A stretch of 64,000 nt of DNA, taken from assembly GCF_021028975.2 (NCBI RefSeq), contig NC_059429.1:91016001-91080000 (forward strand). Reading direction: 5' to 3'. Source of the stretch: Sphaerodactylus townsendi. Taxonomy: Eukaryota. Positions 50,101 through 61,545 of the stretch are shown piece by piece (positions within the stretch are counted from its first letter, which is position 1; the number at the start of each line of letters is the position of its first letter). The notes beneath the pieces were generated by a model that was given only the letters and a program-made list of their open reading frames with translations, made no database searches and had not been told where the DNA came from. The position numbers and the translations under genes are program-made.

Positions 50101-52287
50101 CACCGGCAGAGGGGTTGGCTAAAGAAGACCCTTCAGACTCCCCAGGCAATGGTTTTAGCCAGCCACCCCAGCTCCAGAATCCGCTGGCCAGAGTTCCCAA
50201 ACAGTACTTGGGACTTAGCCAAAAGTCTTTGCAGAACAGGAATGCGCGCATCAACTCCCCTGCATAGGGACACAGACTGTAAAATCCTTCTTTGGTCCCA
50301 GGGGCCCAAACTCCTAAAAGGTAGAATATGAATAATGGATGAGCTCCAACTGAGGAGAAGGAGCTTCGGAGCTCTGTTCTCGAAGTAAGAATTCACTGGC
50401 TCAAGGTTTCATTCGGGCTGAAAGCACTCAAGAGCACCTAATAGCTTATAAACCCGCTTTATTTTGTGAAAAAAAGAAAGATGGGAACCCTACGCTCTGT
50501 GCACTGGATTATCGTGGTCTCAACGCTTGTTTCATTGTCAAATAAATACCCCTTGCCCCTCATCAAGGACCTGCTCGATGCCTTGGGAAAGGGGCGTATT
50601 TCTTTACCAAACTGGGATCTGAGGGAGGCTTATTACCTGAAAGTACCTAATCTGTTGAGGGTTTTGTGGAGCATTTAACAGCATTTCTAATACCAAATTT
50701 GGCCAGTATGAATATCTTGTAATGCCATTCGATTAGTCCGCTCCCCATGGGCTTTCTAAGTGGCTTCACCTCTATTTAAATGGACGTGCTTCTACAAGAT
50801 TTTCTGGTTTAAAGGGGTGGTGGTGTATTTCGGATGATCGCTTCTAATATATCTCCCAAACGATGTGGAAGAGCATGAACGCTTTTGGTCCGGGCTGTGT
50901 TGCAAACGCCTGTTCGATAACTCACCTCTTTCAAGGGCTAAACTGTCCAAAATGTGCTTTCCACCAAACCTCCATGGATTACCTAGGGTGCATTGGATCC
51001 TCTCCAGAGGGCCTGGAGATGGACCCGGCAAAAGTTGCAGCCTGTAGTGAATTGGCCGATACCCACCACCCAGAAGTGAACTTCAATCGCTTCTAGGTTT
51101 TGGTGGAACTTTTATCTAGATTTTATCCCCCCCCAATTCTGCTAAGGGTGCTTGGCTCTACCACTCACAGACTTTACTATTGAGGTACTAAAGGAAAGGG
51201 GCCCCAGGCATCAAAACAAACCGGGGCTCCCCTTTCCTGGTCCCCTGAGTGTCAAAAAATTAGTTTCTAGGCTCTTTAAGACAGCTTTTACTACTGGAAC
51301 CCATTTTGAAACACCCAGTTCCCACTTTGCCTTTCACTCCGTGTATGTCGACAAGCTTCCGATAAAGCCCTAGGAGCAGCACTCTTGCAGAAAAAATAAA
51401 GATAACAAACTCTGTGACCGTGGTGCTTCATTTTTTTATCAAAAAAAACTGTCCTGCCCCTGGAACTCAACTGGACGGTTAGGGATAAAGAAACTGCAGC
51501 CATTAAGTGAGGTTTCTTTATTCACGTATGCATTGGCTGGACAGTATGCGTTTCTCCGCTCCAAGTCTGGTCAATGGACTTTCATTATAAAACTTGGCAG
51601 CTTTGTCTACTCCACCTCAAAATGTCGGCCAAACAATTGAGATGGGCGGATTTTTTTCTCCAGATTCCAACTTCTTACCTGTCCATTTTTCCCCTGGTAA
51701 TAGTAACAAATTAGCTGGGACGCCTCTGTCCTGCCTCCCCCCCAGGGGATCTTGACACTTCACGGCAAGCATGGCCCTCATACTATTCTCTACACCTTTC
51801 CTCAATTGGGGGTTGGTGGTAACCCGATCTCCAGACAGTTACGCTCTCAAACATTCCCCATGTGAAGGTCCCGGGATCGCTTTCTTTATCCCCGTTTTTT
51901 TTTTCTACACTCATCACCTGGAGGAGGCGTGGATGACAGGAGGTTCCGAAAGAGGGAATCTGACCACCTCCCTGCAGCCGGTGCAAGTGGGGAGTGTGGG
52001 AGATGGGGTGGATTGGCTGGTACGTCTCCGACCGCCTTATCGTAAGGGCAGATTCTACTGGTTGAGAGCCGCGACGCCCGACAAGCGGGACACCTTTGGA
52101 TTTTTTGAAAAAACGCTTTCACCTACTTCTAGGGAGGCAGTTTTGGTGGTGCACCATGCGCAAGGGACATTGAGGCATACATAAAAGGGTGTCCGGACGC
52201 GGCGCGCAGAGGTTGCTAAGGCCATCCCTGGTAAGCCACACGGATTACTAAGCACCCCATCCCCATGGCTCGGCTGCGCCGTGGCAA
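47200..52287 (+). pseudogene. gag and PR/RT/RNase H of element B (frameshifted in this assembly)
   Basis: ALERTKRDWEQERMAL coiled coil, DGTASSVAIF (~48640), knuckle remnant (~49325-49375), LSNKYPLPLIKDLLDALGKGR, DLREAYY, GLEMDPAKVAA. Confidence 0.85.
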
Positions 52288-53388
52288 GTGATTTCCATGG
52301 ATTTCATCACAGATCTCCCCGAAAGCCATGGTAATACAGTACTTTGGGTAGTGGTGGACCTCTTTTCCAAACAGGCGCACTTTGTTCCATGTTCCACCAT
52401 TCTCTCGGCGCCTAAATTGGCCAAATTATTTATTCAACATATCTATCGTTTGCATTCATCGCTGGAGAGAGTGATCTCCGACAGGGGCCCACAGTTCATA
52501 TCTAAGTTTTGGAAAGCGTTCCTGGAGTTGTTGGGAACGGCCTCAGCTGTGGCTGCCCCGTACCACGTGCAAAGTGATGGCCAGACCGAACGGACCAACA
52601 GAACGCTAGAGCAGTACCTACGTTGCTACACCAACTATCATCAGGATAACTGGGCGGAGCTTCTTCCCTTCGCCGAGTATGCCTACAACAACGCGGTTCA
52701 CAGCAGCACCAATAAAACTCCGTTTGAAGTGGTCTCGGGTCGTTCGTTTCCCCCGTTACCCCAGCTCCCCGATCCTGCGCTCCAACCCCCTGACTTTGGT
52801 GACTGGATCCGGTCTTTAGCTGAAGGCTGGAAATCCGTCTCTTCCTCGCTCTCGCAAGCGCAGGAAGCCCCAAAAAAACAAGCGGACAAACATAGAATGG
52901 ATTTTCCTCTGCAAGTGGGGGCGTGGGTTTATTTGTCTACCAAAAACCTTAGGGATGTGCATAAATATTCTAAGCTAGGCAAGAAATTCATAGGCCTGTT
53001 TAGGATCACCCAGGTGATCAACGATGTGACTGCTCGGTTAGAATTGCCCAATTCTCTCAGTAATATTCACCTTGTATTTCATTCTAGCTTACTCAAGCGG
53101 GCTCCAGATTCAGATGCTTGGCACGACCCAATGGAGGTTCCCCCGCCGGTGATCATTGATGGCCACAAACACTACAAAATCGACGCTATTCTGGATTCTT
53201 GTTACATACGCAAACGTTTGCAATATTTGGTGTCCTGGGTGGGATATCCCTCGGGCCATAATCAATGGGTGTATGTTGAAAACATTGACGCCCCCCCTTT
53301 GATCGCTGCTTTTCATAAGGCTTTCCCTCATAAACCGGGGGGAGAGGGGGCTTTTGTAGAGGAGGCGGAGTGTAAGGGTGGGGGTTAG
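52288..53388 (+). CDS. pol: integrase core, GPY/F-like module and chromodomain (intact 3' part of pol)
   Basis: DDE triad SMDFITDLP / ISDRGPQF / DGQTERTN, KKFIGLFRI and chromodomain HYKIDAILDS...LQYLVSWVGYP...NQW. Uninterrupted 366 codons; the stop lies inside the 3' LTR. Confidence 0.95.
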   Translation: MISMDFITDLPESHGNTVLWVVVDLFSKQAHFVPCSTILSAPKLAKLFIQHIYRLHSSLERVISDRGPQFISKFWKAFLELLGTASAVAAPYHVQSDGQTERTNRTLEQYLRCYTNYHQDNWAELLPFAEYAYNNAVHSSTNKTPFEVVSGRSFPPLPQLPDPALQPPDFGDWIRSLAEGWKSVSSSLSQAQEAPKKQADKHRMDFPLQVGAWVYLSTKNLRDVHKYSKLGKKFIGLFRITQVINDVTARLELPNSLSNIHLVFHSSLLKRAPDSDAWHDPMEVPPPVIIDGHKHYKIDAILDSCYIRKRLQYLVSWVGYPSGHNQWVYVENIDAPPLIAAFHKAFPHKPGGEGAFVEEAECKGGG

Positions 53389-53679
53389 TTTCTGCTCTTT
53401 CTGCCTGGCCTTGGCGCATTCCTCATTCTGGGCTTCGTGCCCGGGGTGGTTGTGGCCTTAACCTTGCTGTGATTATCTTGTGTGTTTGAAGCTTGTTTCT
53501 GTTCTGTCGTGGGAATTCTGCTGGGACGTTTGGGGGAGGTGGCTGAAGGTTCCGTAAAAGCGACACCTGAAGCCCGGGAAAGTCAGAATCCGCATCCCGT
53601 GTATTGCGATCATTGAAGTTTATGAAATAAACGTACTGAACTCAGTTCCTTTGTTTCGAGTCCTTTGAGGTTCCTTACA
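53371..53679 (+). repeat. 3' LTR of element B (309 bp)
   Basis: TGTAAGGG...TTCCTTACA, direct repeat of 46778-47108. Confidence 0.95.
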
Positions 53680-55477
53680 TTGAGGTTCCAGAGCTAGTAT
53701 GTGCAAACAACAAGCAGAAACCATGACGACCACAAATATTTAATCCAGAACAAACCGTGTGTGCGAAAAGGGCCTATGACAGGTTTTAATAATTTTAAAA
53801 TGTGATTTCTACTATGTATGTTTTCATTTGTTAGTTGCTATAGTGGCCCCTGTAAGGGCAGAAAAATGGGATATAAATTTTGTAAAACAAAAATTAAAGA
53901 TACAGCAGTTTCAAACAGCCTTGCAAGCTTAAGCAATCATGTGAATTGTCTGTTCCTCCTTTGCACAAGGTGTGAGGAAAATGAGTCTACTCTGCTTTAT
54001 TTCATGAAGTCTTGCTCAGTAGATGAGACACCCACGCAAGTTCCTGTAATATTAACAAAGGTGTATCTTTCCTGCAGACAAGAAAGGGCCCAAGGTATGC
54101 ATGAAATATAGTTCAGGGAAAGCCAGGCAATTGTCTGAAGCATCAGGACTGATGCTTTTACCGTATGCAGAAATCTAATTTGCAGCCTTTGATAATGCAA
54201 TCATCCCCAGTTCCTCTGAAGCTCCCACGTCTGTTCTGCTCTTTTTTCCTACCTAACCCGTCTGCAGCATCTGACTTTCTTTGTTGAAAAAAACACACAT
54301 CTGTGAAAAGAGATTAGCTTCACATTATTAGCCCACTGGCAACCAGCCAAGCCATTCCTTTCCCTCTTCTTGTGTAAGCACCACAGTATTTCTGAGCTTT
54401 GCGCTTTTGTATCTATGTGTGTGTGGCATGACTGTCTGTCCCCCTTGTATTTTCATAAAGGACACCATTGCTGACATGCCATGCTGTAGATGCTTTCCAT
54501 TTCACCAGGGTGCTAGACAGTTGGCATCCTTTATCATGAAAAACTGAACCTTCTGTCTCTGCTGACCTAGGTGTTAATCTCTCTTTTAAAAATTGGACCA
54601 AACAGCTGGTTAGGAAATGCTCAGTGGTAATATTTGGGGACTGGTAGGTCTGAATGCAGAAACAGCTTCGGTGGGGGGGGGTAATTGTTTCTTGCAAGAG
54701 TTTTGAATATTAATTACAATAGCAGCTTTGAAAGAGGAACCATATACCCCAAGCTTGGCTGAAGTACGGTCTTGGGAGGCACATGTCTCCCTGAGCAATG
54801 GGACTCATTCTTAAGGCCTAGGTACGATTCTAGGTAATTTTAATCAGAAGTAAATTCCCCTTTATTAAATGGCCCTTATGCCAAGGTAAGTATGCATAGG
54901 TTCACAACCTGAGCCACAATACTTAAATGACAAACCAGTCAATCATCTGGAATGAGCAGATGCTCCCCAATTTACTCCTTTTCTTTGTCAAGGGATTAGA
55001 TTTTTCATGTTTTGCAGTTGGTTTTGGATATTTGTCTGTATTGTGTACACGTAGTATATGATTTTAATATGCAATTTATGCAATGCTTAAGCATGCAATG
55101 TACATTATTTATACATACAACAAACATATAATATACAAGGCTGATTTATTGATGCAGAAATAACGCTGAAAATGCATACATTTTAGGGGAGAAAAATTCA
55201 CTGTGAGAAAATAGAGTGACATGCAAATGTCACTCACAGGTTCAGTTTGCACTTGGGAGAATAAAAATCAAAATGGAGATTTGTGGGCCAAAAGATCAGA
55301 GGCGAGCAGTTCTGCTAAGATTTCCAAAAGCTGGGATTCCTGATTATTAGAGGCTGCAAATATAATCAGGTAAGGAACGTGTCCCTCAGATACCTTAGTC
55401 TCAGATTATTTAGGGTTTTAATGGTAATAACTGTCTTGATCAGGAGCTGAAACCATGGCAACTGTTTATTTGCTAAT

Positions 55478-55680
55478 GGAGCAGCAGTGGCGTAGTGGTT
55501 AAGAGTAGGTGTATTCTAATCTGGAGGAACCAGGTTTGATTCCCTGTTCTGCCGCTTGAGCTGGGGAGGCTTATCTGGGGAATTCAGATCAGCCTGTGCA
55601 CTCCCACATATGCCAGCTGGGTGACCTTGGGCTAGTCACAGTTCTTCAGAGCTCTCTCAGCCCCACCCACCTCACCCACC
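55478..55680 (+). mobile_element. Squam3-type SINE, 3'-truncated
   Basis: A box TGGCGTAGTGG, B box GGTTTGATTCC, body matching 32750-32895. Confidence 0.85.
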
Positions 55681-55761
55681 CCATGCGGACGGTCCCAGCG
55701 TTGTGGGGTCGGCGTGGTTTACGCCAACCCAACCCCCTTCCGCCTCCGTGCGGAAGGGGCC
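55681..55761. mobile_element. single end of a Harbinger MITE
   Basis: Ends GTGCGGAAGGGGCC, the same terminus as 39175-39188. No partner TIR. Confidence 0.65.
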
Positions 55762-56495
55762 TGAGTCTCAATATGTTGCAAAGGTGGGAGTGAAAACCAT
55801 AAAAGAAAAGTACAAGCAGCACTTGTATTCCTGAAAAACATGTTCATGATGTTCTGGATAAGTTCTGTGGAAATTTTCTGCCTGTTCAACTTGTCATTTT
55901 ATGTATAAGTGTTAAAAAAAATTTCTGAAAGATGAGCAAATAAGCTAGAAAGCAGAAAGGATTAAAATTCATTCAGATGTGAAAAGGGCCAACTCTTCCC
56001 CAACATTTCTTCTGGCTAACACATTATCTTTTACTAAATTTCTCTGTGGCTTGTAATAGACATTTTTCTGTGTAGTGTGCCAAATCCTTGTTCATTAAAT
56101 GGTTAAGCTGCAGGCACACACTTCATAAGAAAATTAGTTTTCCACCAACTTCCACTGTTTGCACAGCATGATGGAGTTTGTGACTGGGCAGGCAAAAAGT
56201 ATGTCACAATATGAAATCTAGCCAAAGGGGTGCATGTGTTTCTTTTTGAAGTCACAAGGATACTTTCCATTGACTCTGTGCTGTATTTGGAGTAGATCTA
56301 GAGAATGAAGCTTCAGCTTCAAAATTCCATGGCCTTCTGATGAGCACATGTTGATTAAGGTAAGCAGGAACTCCAATATTACTTTTCAAATTAACAATTA
56401 ATCAGAAGTAAGCAATGTGTTTTACTTAGGTTACACAGCACAAAATATTTCTGCTTAAACTTTGACATGAAGTTATTTGCAAGAATGTATGCATG

Positions 56496-57550
56496 TATTA
56501 TTATCATTTTGTTTGATATCACAGCTGGCAGTTCTTTAGCTGGTTGTTGGCCGTTCATTACAATTCGAACCTCACCCAAAGCCCTAGGAAGTTGAAATGT
56601 ATCAACGTAGTATTCATGCGGATCCCAGCAGGGCTGCCTTCTGAATCTGACAGATGTTCATTTTATCAATTTGAAGGTGTTTCAAGTGCTGCCTCAGTGT
56701 TTTCGGAATGGCTCCCAGGGTGCTGATTATCACTGGGATGACCTCAGCTGTTTGTGCCATAGTGGTTGAATCTCAATTTTCAAATTGTGGTATTTAGTGA
56801 CCTTCTCGTGTTCTTTTTCAACAACCCTGCTATTACCAGGTACCGCTATGTAGACGATGGTCACTTTCTTGTCTGCATTCAAAAGTCCCACAGGATCTTG
56901 ACCTTCTCATTTTCCATTACTTTCTCTGGACAATGTTCCCACCAGTTTTTAACTGTTCTTATGCTGTAATTCTTGCATAAATTCCAGTGGATCATCTTGG
57001 CCACTGAGTTGTGCCTCTGTTTGTATTCAGTCTGGCTGATCCTTTTTCAGCAGCTGTGAACATGACCTACAGGTTCGTCGGCTTCCTTGCACAATCTTCA
57101 CTTTGCATCATCTGAGGATTTTTCTATTCTGGCCTTGATCATATTTGCCCTAATGGCCTGCTCTTGAGCGATGAAAATCAGTGATTCCATTTCCTTTTTC
57201 AGAGTTCCAGCTGCTAACCACAGCCAGGTCTTTTCAATGTCCACCTTATCCTTGATCTTCTCCAGAAATTGGCCATGCAATGCTTTGTTGTGCCAGCTTT
57301 CAGTACTCATTTTAATTGCATTTTTTTCTGTACTCCTGCTTGGTTCTCTGGGCTTTCAGTAAATTTCTTTGCTTCACTTCAAACAATGCCTGTTCTTGAC
57401 TTTCTTTCACAGAATCGACCAGCTTTCTCCTCCTCCACTGTTAGCTATAATTGCAGCAAGCCTCTGTCACCAGCTCTTTGGGGAAGGAATAGTCTATCAG
57501 TATCACTACATTGGTGTAAAGCATAAAGCATTGTCAAAAACACTATTGCG
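56496..57550 (-). mobile_element. R4/Dong-clade non-LTR retrotransposon, 3' fragment (copy 1)
   Basis: DRLFLPQRAGDRGLLQL, WHNKALHGQF, AQEQAIRANMIKARIEK, RHNSVAKMIHWNLC, KILWDF and EKEHEKVTKY (restriction-like endonuclease region). The 3' UTR ends in a TAA repeat. Confidence 0.85.
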
Positions 57551-57551
57551 C

Positions 57552-58178
57552 ACAGATGTGCAGAGGTTCCATCTGGTGAAATAACCACAGGACACGTCTT
57601 GGAATTAAGTTGGGCCGCAGCCCTTTTTTGAGGCAGAAGCTGGGCAAGCAAGAAGAGCGCATCTGTATTGTGGCTGGTCAGCACCCCTGGCTGACCCCAG
57701 CACCACACCCCAATCCATATTGGGGAGGACAGGAGGTACTGGGCCACCTGGGCGCCTGCCTGCTGTGGCCCCCCTTTTGCTGGGGTGTCAGGCTCGAATT
57801 GCAGAGGCCTCTGTGGCATGCGCCATGAGCCTGCCACACCCCAAGCCCCTTATGGAGGCCCCCAACCTCAGGGAGGACTGGCGCGCAAGCTTGGCCTACC
57901 CCTAAATATGCGCTCTTCTGCCCAAACCGCCAAGGCTGCAAAAAATGAGCAGCACCAAAACTCTGCCAAAATAGGGAGGGTGGGTCAGTTTGCTCGAGGC
58001 ATCGAAGAAGGCCAGAGCAACCGCGTGCTGCCTAATATATAGGGAGTGTGCTCCACCCCTAATGCTTGTTCACATCACATGATCAGGCCGGGTGTGGCTC
58101 AGCCACCCGGCCAGCCCAGAGCACGCATGCTCACTACTCCGGAGCTCACCATGTGCCCTGCCCCTGTCGCAATTATGG
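57552..58178 (-). repeat. LTR-like terminal repeat, same family as 12910-13548
   Basis: Shares ordered motifs with 12910-13548 and sits between R4 fragments. Confidence 0.7.
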
Positions 58179-58194
58179 CCCAGTTGATTCTGGG

Positions 58195-58472
58195 ACCATT
58201 ATTTCTTGCATAAATTCTAGTAGATTATCTTGGCCACTGAGTTGTGCCTCTGTTTGTACTCAGTCTGGGTGATCTTTTTGCAGCAGCTGAGTACAGCTTC
58301 CTTGCCCAAACTACACTTTGCATCATCTGAGGATTTTTCAATTATAGCCTTGATCGTATTTCTCCTAATGGCCTGCCCTTGAGCAGCTAAAATCAGTGAT
58401 TCCATTTCTTTTTTCAGAGTTCCAGCTGCTAACCACAGCCAGGTCTTTTTGTTGTCCAACTTGTCCTTGATC
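58195..58472 (-). mobile_element. R4/Dong-clade fragment (copy 2)
   Basis: KTWLWLAAGTLKKEMESLILAAQGQAIR...YKQRHNSVAK, paralogous to 56970-57260. Confidence 0.85.
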
Positions 58473-58474
58473 TT

Positions 58475-58850
58475 TTATTATTATTAATTAATTTTGTTTA
58501 GTAGCACAGCTGCCTGTTCTGCAGCTGGTTGTTGGCCTTTCATTACAATTTGAGCCTCACCTAGAGGCCTAGGATGTTGTAATGTATAAGCATAGTATTC
58601 ATGTAGATCCCATCAGGGCAGCCCTTGAATCTGACCAATATTGATTTTGTTGATTTGAAGATGTTTCAAGCATTGCCCTAGTGTTTTTGGAGTGCTGCTA
58701 ACCACTGGGATGAGCTCAGCTGGTTTGTGCCATAGTTGCTGAAGCTCGATTTTCAAATAGTGGCATTTAGTGACTTTCTCATGCTCTTTTTCAGTGACCC
58801 TGCTGTCACCAGGCTTTGCTATGTTGAGGATGGTCACTTTCTTTTTCTCC
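58475..58850 (-). mobile_element. R4/Dong-clade 3' end (copy 3)
   Basis: TILNIAKPGDSRVTEKEHEKVTK..LKIELQQLWHKP plus a 3' UTR paralogous to 56496-56870. Flanked by (TAA)n and (CAA/TAA)n. Confidence 0.85.
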
Positions 58851-61360
58851 TTGTTGTTGTTATTATTTTAAACTAAATATTATTTGAAGGGTCAAATCCA
58901 CTCATGATTTTGTGTGTATGTGCGCTTGTACACAAGTGAGAGATTTAAACTTAACATCAAACATCTCAGAGCCAAAAAAATGTGGACAAATGATTTGCTT
59001 TTCCCCTCGGTGTTCTTGGTACAAGTATGAAACTAACAAGTAAACTTCAAAAAGGAGCATCACAATGGGGCAAAAGCCATTTCCTGGTAATGTGATGAGA
59101 CAGCAAAACAAAATGCGGGGTTCACAAGTCCGGATCATTTGATTCTCATTTTTGATGCCTCATTTTTCAGGCTCTGCCTCAGACATTCAGGACTTAATAA
59201 CTTACCAAGTAAAGAGTTTCATCAAATAGGAAAACAATAAGCACTGGATCTGCCATCCAAATAATTTGTTTATACTTTCCACCAAAGAGCTCATCCCTGT
59301 TGAGTGAGAGAGGGCAAGAGAGAAACGATAGCTGAGCTATCAATCTGAATCACAGGGAAGATTTAATTTGCTAGGCTAGAGTCTTTATATTCCTTCCTTC
59401 CACCTCTGGCAATGTGAAAGGAGAGAGATGCATCTTTTGAAAGAAGATGCAGATCCTCAACCAAGCTAGGCATCTGCAAAGAAGTAATTGGCAAGTTCTC
59501 ATTTCAAAGGTCAGTCAGAATATGCTTGAAATGGTAATATAAGTGTAGCATGTGATTTTTTTGGTATCACACATTCCCCTATGGCTATTAGTGAAAGTGG
59601 AAAACAATTGATGTATCTAAAGGTGATTAATTTCAGCATATTTGTTTGGCCTCATAATTATCTGAGACATCTTCCCCAAAAAGTTTTCTCACTATTATTT
59701 TAAATATTTCTCACAAATATTTTAAACTCTCCAGAAAACAAAATGTTGTAACCTGTAACTGTGAGTTCTTTAGATATTGAAAACTATTGGGCTTTGGTAT
59801 ATCACACAATCTTTCCCACTGCATGCTAATGAAAGATAGATGCTTTAATGGGAAAAAATCAGTAGTACAACCGAATTGCTGGAAAAAACACGAAGGTACA
59901 CTGCTGCATTTGTACTTAAGACTGTTGAGACAGATTGAGAGCACATAAAATAGAGATGTGACCGCTCAAACAAGATTAGGTAATCTGGCCTAACACATTG
60001 GTAGAGACATTTCTACATATGAAGCAATACCGATTTGCCCAGGAGAATGGGGAACCTCTGTTGTTTCAATTTTCTAAAAAATATTCTATTGTACATGCAT
60101 CTATCAGGTATATGAACATGCATCTGCTTTACATGCAGGTTGTACTTCTTTTTGGAAGGGGGTGGGCTGAATAATTCATTTGACTTCCATGCTGCAACAA
60201 GATTCAATGAATAGTAAAATATGAATTGCAATATAGTTTCTGATCTCAAACCAATCTGGTGGGTGGATGGACAACTAGGGAAATTTATGTTATTTGAATT
60301 TTACTGCCTTGATTTTGCACTGTGTTACAGCTTGATCAAAGCTACTATTATTAAAAGGCAGGGTACTCAAAAGGAGCTTCACACTGCTTCACCTCTTTAG
60401 CAACTGATCATCAGAGTCTTGAGGATTCATTTTTGTACTCAGGCTGCAATTTGTATGTTCAAGCTCAAGGCCAGCTCAATCAATCAGAGAAAGGTAAAGA
60501 TCTGCCATCCAATGGAACATGAATTAGAACATTTCCTTTTTCTATCAGTGTAACTTATAGTGCTCCCATCTGTAGCATCTAATACAAATCTTCTAAATTG
60601 TGCTATTTTTGGGTTCTATACCAGGCTTTCTAGATGTCACAAACCTGCTTAGAATGCCTCCTTCCTCCATATGCTTGGGATCACTGTAACTCCATTTGGA
60701 AATATCTTATTTTTGTGACACTCAGAAAGTCATGTCATCTTTCCAGACTGTTTAGCTAAATATCTGCCAGAAAAGCCATTAAATGCTGAACGATCCATTT
60801 GGGGCAATTCATAAGGCCTTTCAAAATTTGCCACAGGCAGCAAGAGGACATATAATGGCACAACTGCATCAATATTTTGGTTTCATTTTATTGCATGTTT
60901 CAACATATTCTGCCACCATGGCATAAAAACATTTTCATTTCAAGTCATTTTTGTTCATGTTAAGAATTCAGCCATGAAATGAATGTCCACTGCCCAGCAT
61001 TTGTTAAATAAGGGTGAAAAACAGTTGACATGCAAACAGTACAAAACAAGACTAACCCATAATAATACCCACCATTTAACTGACTGGAATACAGCTCTTC
61101 CTAAATCAGTTTTATTGCATGCAGTCAATGTGATTGACGTTCATAATAAGAATTCAAACAGTAGTGTACATAATCCTTTGGAAAATTGAAGTGCAATTTT
61201 TATAGCAAGAGACACTAAAGTCTATTCACTCTGCCAAGAAAAATGTATTCTAACCTTTAGATAATTAAAAAAATTGTTTATATGGTTTGCATCTCAACCC
61301 TAACACATTACCTGGAAGAAAATTACTTCAATTTATTTAAAAAATAAGCATGTAATAGGG

Positions 61361-61545
61361 CAGTGGTTCTCAACCTTCCTAATGCCGCAACCCTTTAATA
61401 CAGTTCCTCACGTTGTGGTGACCCCCAACCATAAAATTGGTATATATAAAATATAAAAAGACCGCTTTCCGATGGTCTTAGGCGACCCCTGTGAAAGGGT
61501 CATTTGACCCCCAAAGGGGTCGCACCCCCAGGTTGAGAACCACTG
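61361..61545. mobile_element. SPIN-type (URR1-like) non-autonomous hAT/Charlie element
   Basis: Perfect TIR CAGTGGTTCTCAACCT and perfect 8-bp TSD TAATAGGG. Internal CCCTTTAATACAGTTCCTCA..TTGTGGTGACCCCCAACCATAAAAT and GGTCTTAGGCGACCCCTGTGAAAGGGTC. Confidence 0.9.

Larger units (their letters stand above)
46778..53679 (+). mobile_element. Ty3/Gypsy chromovirus (Tf1/sushi group), full-length element B
   Basis: LTRs TGTAAGGG...CCTTACA at both ends, gag/pol motifs homologous to element A and PPT AGAGGAGGCGGAG. No TSD visible. Confidence 0.95.
45579..53774. mobile_element. non-autonomous PIF/Harbinger transposon carrying a Myb/SANT gene, split by Gypsy element B
   Basis: 24-bp TIRs with 2 mismatches: GGCCCTTTTCACACACAAGGTTTG (45579) and CAAACCGTGTGTGCGAAAAGGGCC (ending 53774). 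3-bp TSD TAT. About 1.3 kb once element B is removed. Confidence 0.9.

Noticed and set aside
21613-53679. Endogenous retrovirus, or domesticated PEG10/RTL gene
   Set aside because: No env and no room for one (pol runs to the PPT). Both LTRs and a chromodomain are present, so these are Gypsy elements.
55478-55560. tRNA gene
   Set aside because: The A and B boxes run directly into a SINE body shared with 32750-32895.
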